This document shows positions 13,809 to 27,154 of a stretch of 64,000 nucleotides of DNA, one piece after another. The stretch spans positions 8,556,001 through 8,620,000 of the forward strand of contig CP075495.1 of assembly GCA_021613535.1 (NCBI GenBank), in the 5' to 3' direction. The notes beneath the pieces are model-generated. The model was not told the DNA's origin. It searched no databases and saw only the letters and a list, made by a program, of their open reading frames with translations. The translations under genes and the position numbers were made by a program. The stretch is from Adineta vaga (lineage: Eukaryota > Animalia > Rotifera). Each line of letters opens with the position of its first letter. The first letter of the stretch is position 1.

Positions 13809-16800
13809 ATGCCTCTTTTCGGTCGACGATTATTTCATCTGAATGAAGATGATAAAGATGAAAATGGAGAAACTTATACAATTGAACATACAGGAGAAAA
13901 ATTCCATAGTAAAACCTTGTATGAAAACTTAAAAAAAGCATACGAATTAGAACGATGGTCTTGTGAATGTACATGGAGAGCAGCATTGACACATCGAGAA
14001 GCATACGAATCAGAAATTGCAACAAGAAAATCATTATCGACACTTGTACCAGAATACTTTCATAAGACTATTTTTGATATTATTCACCATAGTAAGTAGA
14101 TTTTACGATCTATTTTTTGATCTACTAAAGTAATAAAATTATCCATAGATGTCAAACCATTGGAGAAATTAGCTGAGGAAGCGTCAATTTTATTTGGGTA
14201 AGAGTTTTATTGTATCGATTGAAAGTAGAAATCTTTTCTCTATTGATTTATTTAGTCAAGGTTTTGTTATTAATGAACCAGTTCAATTTAAAAAACGAAA
14301 AGATACAACAGTGTAATTATTTCCTTAATTTTAATTGTTTATGAAATATGAATAAATTGAAATATGTTTCTGTTTGAATAGTGTGAAAGGCACCGTAGAA
14401 AGAATCGAAGAAAATGATGAACGTAAACGAATTTCGGAGCGAGCATCAGCTCAAATAAAACCATTATCAGATAAGGTAAAACACGATCAGCATTTTGAAA
14501 TTTGAAACATAGTGTTTCTTGTTTTATTCATGAAAAGCAAATGAAAAATGTCAAATATGCAATTCGTTTAGCGGATGAAGATCGTGTCATTAGTAATGTG
14601 CAACCGAATGAATTGCAGTAGGAATATTTCTTTGCAAAGATAAAAATCATAATTCATTCTCTTTAGACGAAGTAATTTAATACCAAATCGTGAAAAATTG
14701 AAAACATTCATTCGTTCATATGCAATTCGACTTGGCAATCGAGCAGATAGTCCATGGATATTCTATGATAATTCCATTAAAGAAAAATATCAAATAAAAG
14801 ATCGATTATCATCAACAGATATTGATCAATATAAAAAGTCAATGACTATTACACTTGATGTAACTTTATTAGACAAAGAAATGTTTGAAAATAACAATCG
14901 ATAATTTATTTTTAGGAAATTCTTCGTGAACAAGAACGACTCGTACGTAAACAAGCTGATGAACAAGTTGCTTTGCTGAGGGAAAATAATAACAATAGTA
15001 GGTTATTGAAAATGTTACTCTTTTAATCGGAGATTTTATAAAATGTATCACAGTATAGTTTATTTACACTTGTCTATGTAGTTCTCAAAATGTCTAAAAT
15101 ACTCTTTTTTTTCTTTAGCTTCATCTCAAAATGGACATTTAGATGATGATCAGATAATCCTATCAGATGATGAAGATAAAGGAAAAAGTCCTAAAAAGAA
15201 AACAAAATCAACTCCAACAACACCAAGAAAATCTTCTCAACCGACAACATCGCCAACGAAAAAATCTCGTACATCAGCGAAACAAAAAACTCCAACAAAA
15301 TCGAAGAAACAATTAACATTACATGAGATGAAATTTACAAAAAATTCCACATCAAATTCGAATAATCTTCTCCTACAAAAATCCTCATCAACATCTGTTA
15401 CAACATATAATATTGCTGTACCTTATTCACTTTTACAAAAACTCGATAAAACACGTCGTGATCGTGGAATTGATTCACGAGTATTTCAACGTTTAGTACT
15501 TCATTGTGCACGAACATTGAATGATAAACAACGTTTACGTTTACCAGATGAATATCGTTCATTAATTCAAACAAAATATGAAGAATTAGAATTGAAACGA
15601 CGTCTATCAGAAATGACTGAACAAGAAAAAAAAACTTTTCTTCATACAAAACAAAAACAAAAACAAGTCGAACAAAAACCATTGGAAGATTTAGATTTAA
15701 CATCATCAAAAACTTTACCACAACCGAAACAAATTCAATCTGTATCAACAATTCCATCACATTATACTGGTGATTTACTTGTTATATGTACATTTTTTAC
15801 CTCATGTCATTCATTATTCTTCTCATCTTTAACGGATGATTTACCTAAAACTACTCAACAATTTTTACGTTCATTTAAACATGATTCTTTACTACAAGCT
15901 TATATGACGTCATCAACGACACTATTTTTTAATTATTTTATTGAACTTTTACAAATCTTAATGAAATTATTATTTAAAGAAGATGTTAATCGTTCAAATC
16001 ATGACGATAATAGTAATAACAATAATAATAATAATACTGAAGAAGATGATAAACAACAACAGCAGCAACTATCAAATAATGATCAACAAGATATGGAAAT
16101 AAATCTTATTGAACAAATTGGAGTTGACGATGACATTGAGCAGAATTATGATATTAAATTGACTGATATACCATTAACACAATTTACATGTCAAGAATTG
16201 ACACGTCTATATTTATTGAAAGAAAAAGACGAAAAAAGTCGAATTATTTTAGATAAACTAGCCAATTCTGAATCAAAAGAGTTCTCAATTTCTGAACAAG
16301 TAAGTCGAAATGATGATTCATTACCTTTCTATCATTAAAGATCAAGCTTGCTCGATCATTTTTCATAGGAGAATATGAAATAGATATAATCGATTGATTG
16401 TTTTGAATTTAGATCGATCTGTTGATATTATTAGTTAATTTGATAACCACGGATAGTGAAATCATGTCTGATTATTTTGAATATTTAACTCGAACAATGT
16501 CAGAAACATATCGTGAACGTAATCAATTACTTGCTGAACGTCGTAAAGCACAAGAAGAAGAGAGTAAACAAAAGAAACTCCAATTACAAAATGGTGAAAA
16601 TGGAAAAGTATCTTCGAAGAAACAAAATAAAAATGGGCCATTATTGACTCCAAAAAATAGTAGTGGAATATTGAATGATGAAAATCATCAGTCATCACCT
16701 TCAACACTTCATGATGATACTGGCGATGTTGATAGTGGTGGTGATGATGATCTAAAGAGTGTCATACAACGAAGACGACAAATGGTTGCAATGTCGAAAG

Positions 16801-19070
16801 AATTGAAAGAAAAACGTGAACTAGAAGCACAAAAGATACATAACGAACAAAAACGAGAATTGGCAATAGAAAAAGCTGAACAAGCTTATCAAGTATGATC
16901 AAAAATGATAATTGAAAAGGAAATTTTTTTATTTTTATTCGTCATTTTAGGAAGCACTTCTCAATCTTCAATTTGGTTTTCGAATTAAACCATTAGGTTT
17001 CGATCGAAACTATAGTCGTTACTGGTTTTTCAAAGGTCATGCTGGTATATTTGTTGAAAAAGGTAGATTTGACAAACGATAGGATTGACGAAAGTTCACA
17101 ATAGTTTTGATATTTCTATGTTTTATAGGTTGGATTGGTTCTGAAATAAGTTATAATGCTCGTCTCTTATCATCTCAAGACATATCGTCTCCTCGTTTAC
17201 CTTCCATCATTAACGGTGAAAAATCAATACCTAAAGATGAAGTAAATCTATGGTGGACATATGATAATGAAACAATCATTGAACAAGTTCTTCAATCGTT
17301 AAATAATCGTGGTATACGTGAACGTAATTTATTAGAAAATCTTAAGAAAATTATGCCATTGTTAAGATCGGAATTTGAACAAGTAAATAAAGAGAAATCA
17401 TCTACTGAAAATCAAATCGAAGAATCTGTATCAAATATTGAAACTTCGAATGATACACAGCAGCAACAACAACAACAATCAAATGATATTGTTAGTTCAT
17501 TTAAAAATGATCTAGAAGATATTGAACAACGTTTACGTCTTGGTTCATTAGGTGGCTTTATTATTAATGATAATCTTACTGAATGGCAAACCAAAGTGAA
17601 ACAATCGAATGAACGTTCAGATTTAGCTGAATTACTTATACAGTTACAACAAACAATTGCTGAAAAACATGCGTCAGGTATATTCGGTACACATGAAACT
17701 AGTTCGAAAAATTCGACAAATTCATCAAGAAAAAAAGTTCTCGCAAATAAATCTTCGATAAACAATCAACATAGTTTACAAGTATGGATGAATGATTGTC
17801 GAACATGTAAGACGTATTCACGTCTATATGTATTATTGATGATATTTGAAAATTCAATTGCATGGAGTAAATCAACAATTGGTATTAAATGTAAAATTTG
17901 TCGAAGAAAACATAAAGATGAATATATTGTTGTATGTGATCAATGTTGTCAAGGTTATCATTTCGAATGTTTACGTGGATATTCATTTGATGAGATGAAA
18001 AATTCAACGAATGATTTATGGTATTGTCCAGCATGTCGTCCACAATCTGTATCGAGACGACGAAGTGAGAAAAAGACAGAGAAAAAACGAAAAATTGATT
18101 ATTATGATGCTGATATATATGATATGGATGTTGATACTCGATCAAATCAAAGTAGTCATGACCATAATCAAGATTTATCAGATTCAAATAGTGAACAAAG
18201 TAATCAGAATCATCACACAAACAATGATGATAATGATGATGCTAATGATGCTGAAGAATTAAATGTAGAAATTTTATGTTGTGTTTGTGCTGGTGAAGCA
18301 AACGATAACAATGAATTAATACAATGCATTCAATGTCGAAGTTTATTTCATTGTCAGTGTCATGAACCACCATTGAGATGTCCACCAAGATCCACAACAT
18401 GGATGTGTAATAGTTGTCGAAACGGAATAAACAATGAAACAAATCTGTCGACTCGTCGAGTACAAACGCGTCGACAAATGGCGATTAGAAAACGTGTTCC
18501 AACATCGAAACCACAACCACATCGACACAATGGAACGCGTAGAAGTAAGTCGACGTTCTATAGGTTATCTCAGATCTTTTTCAATACTGCAGACTTTGAA
18601 GTTGTTTGAATATTGATATGATATGTGTTTTAAAATGTATTGTTTAAGTCATTGAATTTTTTTAAATAGCAACACGTAAAAATTACCGTGAAATTGACGA
18701 AGATGAAGACGATGAAGCAGAAGAAGAAGAAATGGAAATGGAAATAGAACAAGACGGTGAAAGTGATTACGAACAACAATCAAGAGACCAACGACGTTCA
18801 AAACGTATACGTCGATCAAGTCCATCTTCAGCGACAGATGACAATTACGATACACGGCGTTCATGTCGAAGAGTACGTATTGCACGATCATCCTCATCTT
18901 CAGCAGCATCGTCGACAGTATCGAATGAAGAAGAAATATTGGCTAATCTAAATGATGACGAAGAAAGTGACATAGAAGAAGATGAAAATGATCAAGATCA
19001 AGATCAAGAACAAAATCAAGAACAAGAAGAGAATGGAGATATTGAAACTACTTTACCGTCCTCACAATAG
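13809..19070 (+). CDS. BAZ1B: BAZ1B/WSTF (Acf1-family) chromatin-remodelling subunit: WAC, DDT, WHIM/WSD, two PHD fingers, no bromodomain seen
   Basis: WAC: MPLFGRRLF...WSCECTWRAALTHREAYESE. DDT: GDLLVICTFF. WSD: PLGFDRNYSRYWFF...GIFVEKGW...LNNRGIRERNL. PHD1: CKIC...CDQC...HFEC...CPAC. PHD2: CCVC...CIQC...HCQC...CNSC. BAZ1A versus BAZ1B is not certain. Confidence 0.88.
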
Positions 19071-20429
19071 TCAAAAAAAAAAGTAAAAACAATCTATTTC
19101 AACTTATGTTCATATCTTTTCATTTCTATTTATAGAAATTTGTCTCAGTGATATTAATATTTCGAACTGTACATAACTCTGTATTGATTATAAGAAGAAT
19201 CAGTTTTGTTCTTCTTCTCGTCAACTGCATCTCGTATTCTTTCCATTGTAAATGTTTACTACTTTTTTTGTGCTGCATATGTAGTCAACTTCGATCTTTT
19301 TTTCTCCTTTATTCCTGAATTTTTCTTTCTGTAATGTTAAGATTTTCTTTTGTTCTGTTGACTGTTTATTTTCATTGATGATTGATATTGAGGAAACATA
19401 AGATGGATACATCTTTATGGTACTTTTTCTATGTATGGTTTAAAGCACATCATTCAGTGTACACCTACGAATTCTTTCATGTCATGAGAATAACAGAATA
19501 AGAATTGGTCGTACACTGATTTGTTCCTTGAATTTATGTGATGTTTGTGGATCTTGTATGTGGTTTTTTTTCTATGTTGATCTTCATCTCTATTTTTCTA
19601 CGTCCTTATGGGCGGTTTATGTATGTACGATCGACGTTCACATGAAAAGAAGATCAGAAAAAAAGGTCCAAATAAATGAACTGTAAACTATATGAAATAC
19701 AGAGAAAAACTTTATATTCTATAAAACATATCAACAAAATAGAATATGATGATGACTCTTAGTATAGTCGCATTAATATATAGAGAGACTACGAAACGGC
19801 AGCAAGGTGGAACTCTCTAAGAACATTTCTTTTCGATATTTAATAATTCTTTTGTTTATATGATAAAAATCTAATTTACATACTAAAATTGAAGATCAAA
19901 ATTGTAATCAATGATTTCACAAGATCTGTTCATCGTTACATGACTTTTTAGACTTTGTATATACATATAATGTCTAAAAGGAGATTTCTGAATAAATACA
20001 CGATAGATTTAGTTTTGCTATCTATTAACATTGAATAGTTGGTATGCTTCTACTCAAAACAGTTATTTTATAAATCAAATAAGACATGGGAAAAACAATG
20101 AACCTCTCGTTTTTCTCTCAAAAACAAAAACTGTTCTATTGTGTTGTGACGTGTATATTAGAAATATTTTCCTAATATTTTGTAATCGCATTGCTGAAGA
20201 AGTCCAGAAATAAAATCGATAAATTCAAAATTCACTTTTCTTTTTCTTTCTCTTAACTATCAAGTATATTACCATCCTCAGAATCAATAAAGTTTCGTTG
20301 GTTATAATAATTGATTGGCTATAATGCATGTTTCATGACAAAAAGAAAACTATATAACATATTTATCGATTCACATACAAACAATTAGAAGGAGCTTTAC
20401 TTTGATGAATGAAACATGAATAAACTAAT

Positions 20430-20780
20430 CTTATTATTGAGCATTGAACTTGAGCAACGAATTGCAAAAATCCTAACATGAAATATAAACAGTTGATTGG
20501 AAAGTCTATCTAGCATTAAAAGACAATCGTTAAAACTGTTCAAATCAACTTATAATTCCACCAGTGTTGAAGAATTGAAAGTTGACTGGGATTTATTGAT
20601 AAATAAGTATAGATATGAAACAGGACACGGATTAACAACTATCACTTGTAAGTTCCGAAATGTAGTAAAGATATGAGTCAATAAAAGAGCATACATATCT
20701 TTTACTACTGCTTCGTTTCTATTAATATTCACATCGATTTTCGTAAAACCTGTCGGCTGGTTACTAACAGAATGTTTTAC
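20430..20780 (-). pseudogene. Degenerate fragment of an F-box/LRR-type gene
   Basis: LLTHIFTTFRNLQ...STFNSSTLVEL*VDLNSFNDCL* then, after a frameshift, LDRLSNQLFIFHVRIFAIRCSSSMLNNK. This parallels SSTLTNLTIYVEMFDDCLLLVNGCLECLSSLIIRI in the intact neighbour. Confidence 0.65.
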
Positions 20781-21226
20781 CTGAATAAGTTAGATAACTG
20801 AAAACAATAAGTCATAAACAAACATATTTTTCATATTGTTTCTTTGTTTTTTTCTTGAAGATGTTTATATAGAATAACAACATCAACTAACATTCTGCCA
20901 AATGTTAAAATATAGAAGTGAATGTCTAAGTAATTTTAGAGTGTAACTTTAACTGTAAGAGACAAATGTATATAGTTACTTAGCATTTGTCGAATCTAAT
21001 CTTCAAAATACCATTGAAAGAAGGACAGTTTTGTGCAGAACGATCAAGTTACAGATGAGAAAATGCGAGTTCGAAAGAATCATACAAACTTCACATTAAA
21101 GCTGACACACTTACGCCTAACTCGTCGTGTATACAAAGCAAACAATAATCCATACAAGAATGAGCTATTTCTTATAATTTCAATACATCTGAACTCTTCT
21201 ATCATATTTCTTTTTATTAAAACAAT

Positions 21227-22967
21227 TTATACAAGATACCGAATTTGACAAGAAGGAAAATACAACTCGAACTTTTGTGACCGATGAAATGATAGGTTCC
21301 ATGCGGATAAAACTTTAACTTTAGTACAATTCAGAAGTTCTTCATCGTTGGTAAAATTGTTTGTTACAGTCATTAATATTTTATAATCGATATGAAGATG
21401 TGTCAAACAAGGTAAGCAAGTGTTTCTCTGAGAAAGAAATTGTATCATATAGTCACGGTGCACACGAGTAAGAGTAAGAGAGAATACGTGATTGAATATA
21501 ATCGATCCTGATACATCATATTCTTTATTTTCTTGTGGTTCATTATTAGCTATCATTAATTCTTCTAATACAGGAAAATCTTGAGATAATTCGAATAATT
21601 TATGCTCGAATGGACGTTCATCAGTCATTGTTAACATTCGAACTTGATTGAATTGACCGCCCCGAAAACAGCTCCCCATGAACAAAAATTCATTGAACAA
21701 ATATGGAAGAGAATAAACATGACAACTTCCTCTATTTCTTACAAGTCTATAATCGGCACATGCATCAGTTGATTGAAATCCCCTTTCAATGAAACTATTT
21801 CGAATATCATCATTCGATGGAAGATTAATTTTAATATGATTATTAATAATGTGAGTATGTATATTGAACATAAGTTTTTTTAATCGTAGCATATAATGAA
21901 GAATTTCATCATATAAGTGATTTCCATCAATATAAGCTGATTCGCGTCTTATCACCGGAAGTTGTAACATTAATTCTTCTAGATTTAACATTCGACGAAG
22001 TAATGGTACAATTTGCAGGTCATAATAATTCGTATACAAGCGAGTTTCTAATGAGAAAGATTTCAATTTGAGAAGTTTCTCCTAAATAAACACAAAACAA
22101 TAATTTACTTCGAAAACAGTATTTATGTTTAATAATTGCACTGATACTTACGATATTATCAATATTCGATGACGAAAGCTTGATTTCCTGGATACGGATG
22201 ATCAATGAAGATAAACATTCAAGGCATCCGTTAACAAGTAAAAGACAATCGTCAAACATTTCAACATATATTGTTAAGTTCGTGAGAGTTGAAGATAAAG
22301 AACTTATATTTGAAATATTTCGATTGGAAAATGTTAGATAACCACCTCTCAGAGAATGTTGAAACAAAGTTAAATTAGTTAACTGTTGACCGCGAGACAG
22401 TATCGCTTCGAATATAGTTGGTTCCATTCCATCTAATTCATTTTCTGTAACACGATAAATACTTGCTGTAAAATGTGTAATTTGATCAGTAAGCAGACGA
22501 CACAACATACGACCTTAAATAAAAATAAAAAGATAAATACTTCGTCATGTTAAATAAAGATTCATCATTATACTTGTTAAATGTTCGAAGAATATGTTTG
22601 GTATATAATTAATCAACGATATTGAATACAATTCAGGAAAATGAAAAGCATCCATAATGCCGTGCATAAAAAATGGTTCAATAATAAGTTTAGTTACTTT
22701 GTCAGCGATTTGAGGTATGATTATTTCGCAAATTTTATCACGAATATGAATGTCTGCTGAAATAATATGGATATCAGAGCTTTTTGCTACCAAATTGAGA
22801 TTATGTATACGCAGAGGATCGAGTGCTAGGCTATCAAATCGCAGATTTACACCTACTAATGAATAGAATATATCGATCGTGCTTAGCTTTTTTAAAATAA
22901 TGCTTAAGATTTCATTTGGCAGATCGAGTATATTCGTATCAACCTTGTTGCTCTTCGTGATACTCAT
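21227..22967 (-). CDS. F-box domain / degenerate LRR protein (bdelloid-type expanded family), 3 exons
   Basis: F-box ILDLPNEILSIILKKLSTIDIFYSLVGVNLRFDSLAL, then LRR-like repeats (IVPLLRRMLNLEELML, CHVYSLPY, DERPFEH). The three ORF-track pieces are joined by short introns. Confidence 0.85.
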
Positions 22968-24184
22968 GTTGGACGACGTTTTAACAATTGGATTAATTTT
23001 CATCTGTTGTACTATATATAAGTATACACAATTTGTTATTTCTCCCGCTACCATCCGTTAGAATCATACTTTTATATTTAGCGTCAAACAGACAGACAAA
23101 ATCAGGCGAATTAAATCTCAATGAACGAGTAAATCGTCGAGAACAGACCAATCAAATTGCATAATTCAGCTTTAAGTTAATTAATTTTTTTTGTCTATAT
23201 GACGTCTGTATGCGATGTGGCGATGAATATTTATTGTCATTTTCCTCTTACCTAAATTTCTTTTTATCATCGCCAAAAAAAAACGATCACTTTTTGATTA
23301 TATGACTTTATTTACCATGTGTCAGATATATTTTCTAGTTAGTCTTCAAACAGATACAAAACCAATAATATGAATCAAAACAAAATTAATGGACAACACA
23401 TTAATCATGTTGCTTGATTTAATTTTAAATCAATGCATTTTTTGCGTCTGTTTTGAGATCTAAGTTGAAATAGAAAATTGCAACTATTTTGAAGTGTCAT
23501 TCACGGTGTTCTTCCTTGATTCATAATGTTGGTAGACTTAGCTCAAATTTTATAAGGGAAAAAATTGATCTAAAGAATCAAGATACGTGTTACTGATGCT
23601 TTTGATATCTTAATTCTTTTTTTGAGTAGATGGTGAAAGTGTTTGAAGTGAACACATTGAATCTTCATTGGATGATAAACTATGACAGTGGATTGACCTA
23701 TGAATAAAAACTATTGTCTTCTATGTTCTCGTTGTTTTTATAACTCGATTGAGCTATTCTCTTCAGTGAGAATACTTATCTGATTTAGGCATACAAATGT
23801 TCTTTTCATTTAGCACAGCAGCGTAGTTCAAAGGTTATTTCTATTAGAAGTAATCATGATAATACTCTGTTTATATACACATCATATATTGAATGTTCTT
23901 AGTTACGTCTTCGATATGTAGTAGCTGTATAGCAACGAAATTTCTACTGATATTTATAGCAAAATCCTCATTTACCAAACGTTGTATCACAAGATAACGA
24001 ACGATATTAATTACATAACTGTATCAATCTATATTGGAGCGAAAAAGATGAGTTCAAAATGTTTTCTTTTTTCTCTTTTTGCCATCAATCGTTCGGTTAC
24101 TTGTTGTTCATAAAAGTTTGAGAAACTACGAGGACTTATGTGTTCTTTTTTTTCAAAACGCTGGATTAAATAAAAAATAAAAGT

Positions 24185-25310
24185 CTATTGAAATTTCTTT
24201 TCTTGTTTTAGAATGCCACACTTTAAACATCTCTTGATATATTTTTCACCTTCATCTTACGGCATTCTGATGAGAAGAAGTTTGAACCTTTGGAGATCAC
24301 CTGTTTTCACAGCATGTTTCAAATCGTAGATAGAATTAAATAAAAATTAGACGATCATGAATTGTTTCTCTACCTCGGGTAAGGATTCTATAACGATATT
24401 CTGAGTGTGTAACCTTGCTCGATGAGATATTTTTCTTCCTCATCCTGAAAAAGAAAAGATATTAATTTTCAGGAATTTTAAAAATCGTAACTTACTTCTT
24501 TGGAAAACGTTTGACCTATTTCAAGTGCGCGAGTGCGAATTTCTTGATGTGAAGCTTCAAGTTCACGTTCAAATTCATTTTTATAAAATGTATTTGATGA
24601 CACTCTAAATAGTAAATTTTTATTTTTATTTTCAAATAATTTTATATACCGGCAAAAAAACAAATCCATACATTGGATTGGATTGTTTTTCGTTGTATTG
24701 ATCAAATGTAAAATGTTTTTCATGATCATTGTTTGATTCAGAATGTTTTCCATTGAAGAAAAATTCGAAAATATTTTCATTTCTTTTTATATTCTACATA
24801 AGTTGAAATATTTTTACGTTGTCAATCTCTTCATTTAAACACCAATCGAATAAAGTTTGAAGATTTTTTTCCGATATTAAATCAGGATTTTTTTTCAAAT
24901 ATTCTTCGGATTTTTTATTATCTTGTACAATTTGACTGTACAATTTTATTGGTAATGATTTTGGGCCAAATTCTTTTTCATTAATTTCACTATTTCGAGT
25001 GTCAACTAAAAAAGAAATGGATTTTTATTGAAATAAATGTCACATATTTTACCGATTGTACTAAAACATGTATAATAACATAGGTCAGCTTCATGATTAA
25101 TACCATCTGCAAGTTGTCTTGTAAATGAAATGTTTTCCGGTGAAAAATCGAGAACATAAGCATTTAGCTGTTCGATCTTAATTGCAGATTCAAGCTAAAA
25201 CAAAGGCAATTTTATCTTGTGTAATTTAAGCAATAAGATTGTACCACAGATACAGATGAATTCACGTTCGAAGATGAATTCATGCTCGATGATGAACTCG
25301 TTTGTGCCAT
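24185..25310 (-). pseudogene. CDC37: Cdc37-like (middle and C-terminal domains) pseudogene
   Basis: SEEYLKKNPDLISEKNLQTLFDWCLNEEIDN, MENILNQTMIMKNILHL, FERELEASHQEIRTRA, IESLPE and YIKRCLKCG match Cdc37 M/C motifs. Lesions: in-frame TAA at 24257-24259, a frameshift in the A-run near 24430, and acceptors reading AC (24326-24327) and CG (about 24767). Confidence 0.75.
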
Positions 25311-26074
25311 ATGTGAATTATTTCAAAATGAATTTGATATCTTGTGAAGCATGTGTCTTATATTTCTTTTTTTTCTCTCTCTTGGTTGTATATGTATATT
25401 CAGGGATACTACATAGAGCGTGTACCCAAAAGGTTTACGTATACAGGAAAAGTAATAACAAGAAAGCTTCGATTTATTTTTATATCGAAGACACTATAAT
25501 TCAGAGAGGAACATTAAATAATAGATTTTAATCAACTTTTTCAGCACTAATCCATTTTAAAGGATTTTCTCAACTTTTTTTACATGGGTAGTTATGATAT
25601 CTCAATACTTACTCACTTACGCAAAAACACTTATTAAAATCGAATTTTTTATGACGAAAAATCGATAAAAATCTGATTTTTTACTTTTTTTTACATGGAT
25701 ATGTTCTGTTTAAACATTTAATAAAGTTATTTACCATAAAACTAGTAACGCTCATCCTTTGGATTCGCTAACCCTTTTCTTAAAATCAGATACAACTATC
25801 ACGGGTAGCACTGGTATTTTATTTTTGGTTGTCCTTTATGAATGATTTCTGTTGATTTTAGCGATGAAATGAATTTTTATTTCATCTGACACAACTAATT
25901 TTTTCAAAGTTACAGATTTCATTGACAGCCAATTTTCTTTATTAGAAAAAATAAATTTTCAACATCTTGTTTATCTAAGAAAATAATAGTCGAGTGGAAA
26001 AGACACACCCAGAAAAAGAACAAAAACAAATAAATAAAAATCTGAATTATTTCAAACTCTAAAAAGGAATATTA

Positions 26075-26760
26075 CTAATTATCTGTCTTTTGCAATTTAT
26101 CTTTTTTGTTCAATGAATTTTGTTCATCTACTGAATATTTTATTACATTATGACTACGTTCATCAAGATATCGTAGAAGATTATCGATAAGATCTGGTGG
26201 TGTTGATGGCAATGATGATTTGACGTATTCATTTGTTTTGGATTTTTTTGAAATTACTACTGGCTGATGAGTAGAATCCTATATATAGAGAGAGAGACAG
26301 TAAAGTGCACTTCTTGACAAATGTGAAAGTCTAAATTGATTTACCATTAATGAACGTTTTTTTTCTTTCGTAATTGTTTTTGATGTTGTTTTATTATCCA
26401 ATGAAGAATAGAATTGTTTGTGTCGATATGATACGCTCGATACATAATCATACATGGTCATTTGTTTTGTATGCGTTATTTTTCGATTTTTAGTTCGTTT
26501 TTTATAAATTCTTGGAGCTGTACAATCATCTTCATTGAAATTAGTCAAATCATCTTGACTTGAATAAGAACTATGAAATTCCATAGAAAACTACTTTTTT
26601 CGAATATTTTTGCAATAAACTTACTTTAAACCCCATTTAGTCAACGACTGTCCAGTAATAGACGATTGGTTTTCATCAAAATCGTTGAAAAGTTCATCCA
26701 AATCGATACCGTCTAAATTTTCATCATTAGTATTTATCATATCCAAAGAAAAACCAGAAT
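26075..26760 (-). CDS. Hypothetical low-complexity protein (5' end unresolved)
   Basis: Three exon-like open segments (DSGFSLDMINTNDENLDGIDLDELFNDFDEN; EFHSSYSSQDD...; DSTHQPVVISKK...KTDN*) with short spacers. One acceptor is unclear. Confidence 0.45.
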
Positions 26761-27154
26761 CTAAAAACTTAAGAAAACCTCATTTATATGAATTAATAAT
26801 GGATGGCAATTTAGTAATGATCTTTCATCATAAAATAGCTGAACTGAACTGAACATCATATCAGAATTCAAATCCTTATTGGAAAACAATGTTACAAAGA
26901 ATGACATATTCATAGAGGAAGAATAGAATGAAATCGAATGAATAGTTTATTTATTTATCACAAAATAGATATGTAGAATAAATAGATGTCGATGTTCCTC
27001 AGACAGTGTATGAATATAAAGAGTCGCAAATTCTACTAAATTGAATTTTATTAAATAGCTAGAAGATAAAATGTATAAATTAAGTGACGAGTATGCGAGG
27101 TTATTTAGTAAATCGAATAATAAAAATGTTCATGAATATTTAATAAATACATAG

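Noticed and set aside
15398-18951. Antisense and alternate-frame ORFs over the BAZ1-like gene (similar ones over calmodulin, the PTB gene and TRPA1)
   Set aside because: Shadows of real coding exons with no independent motifs.
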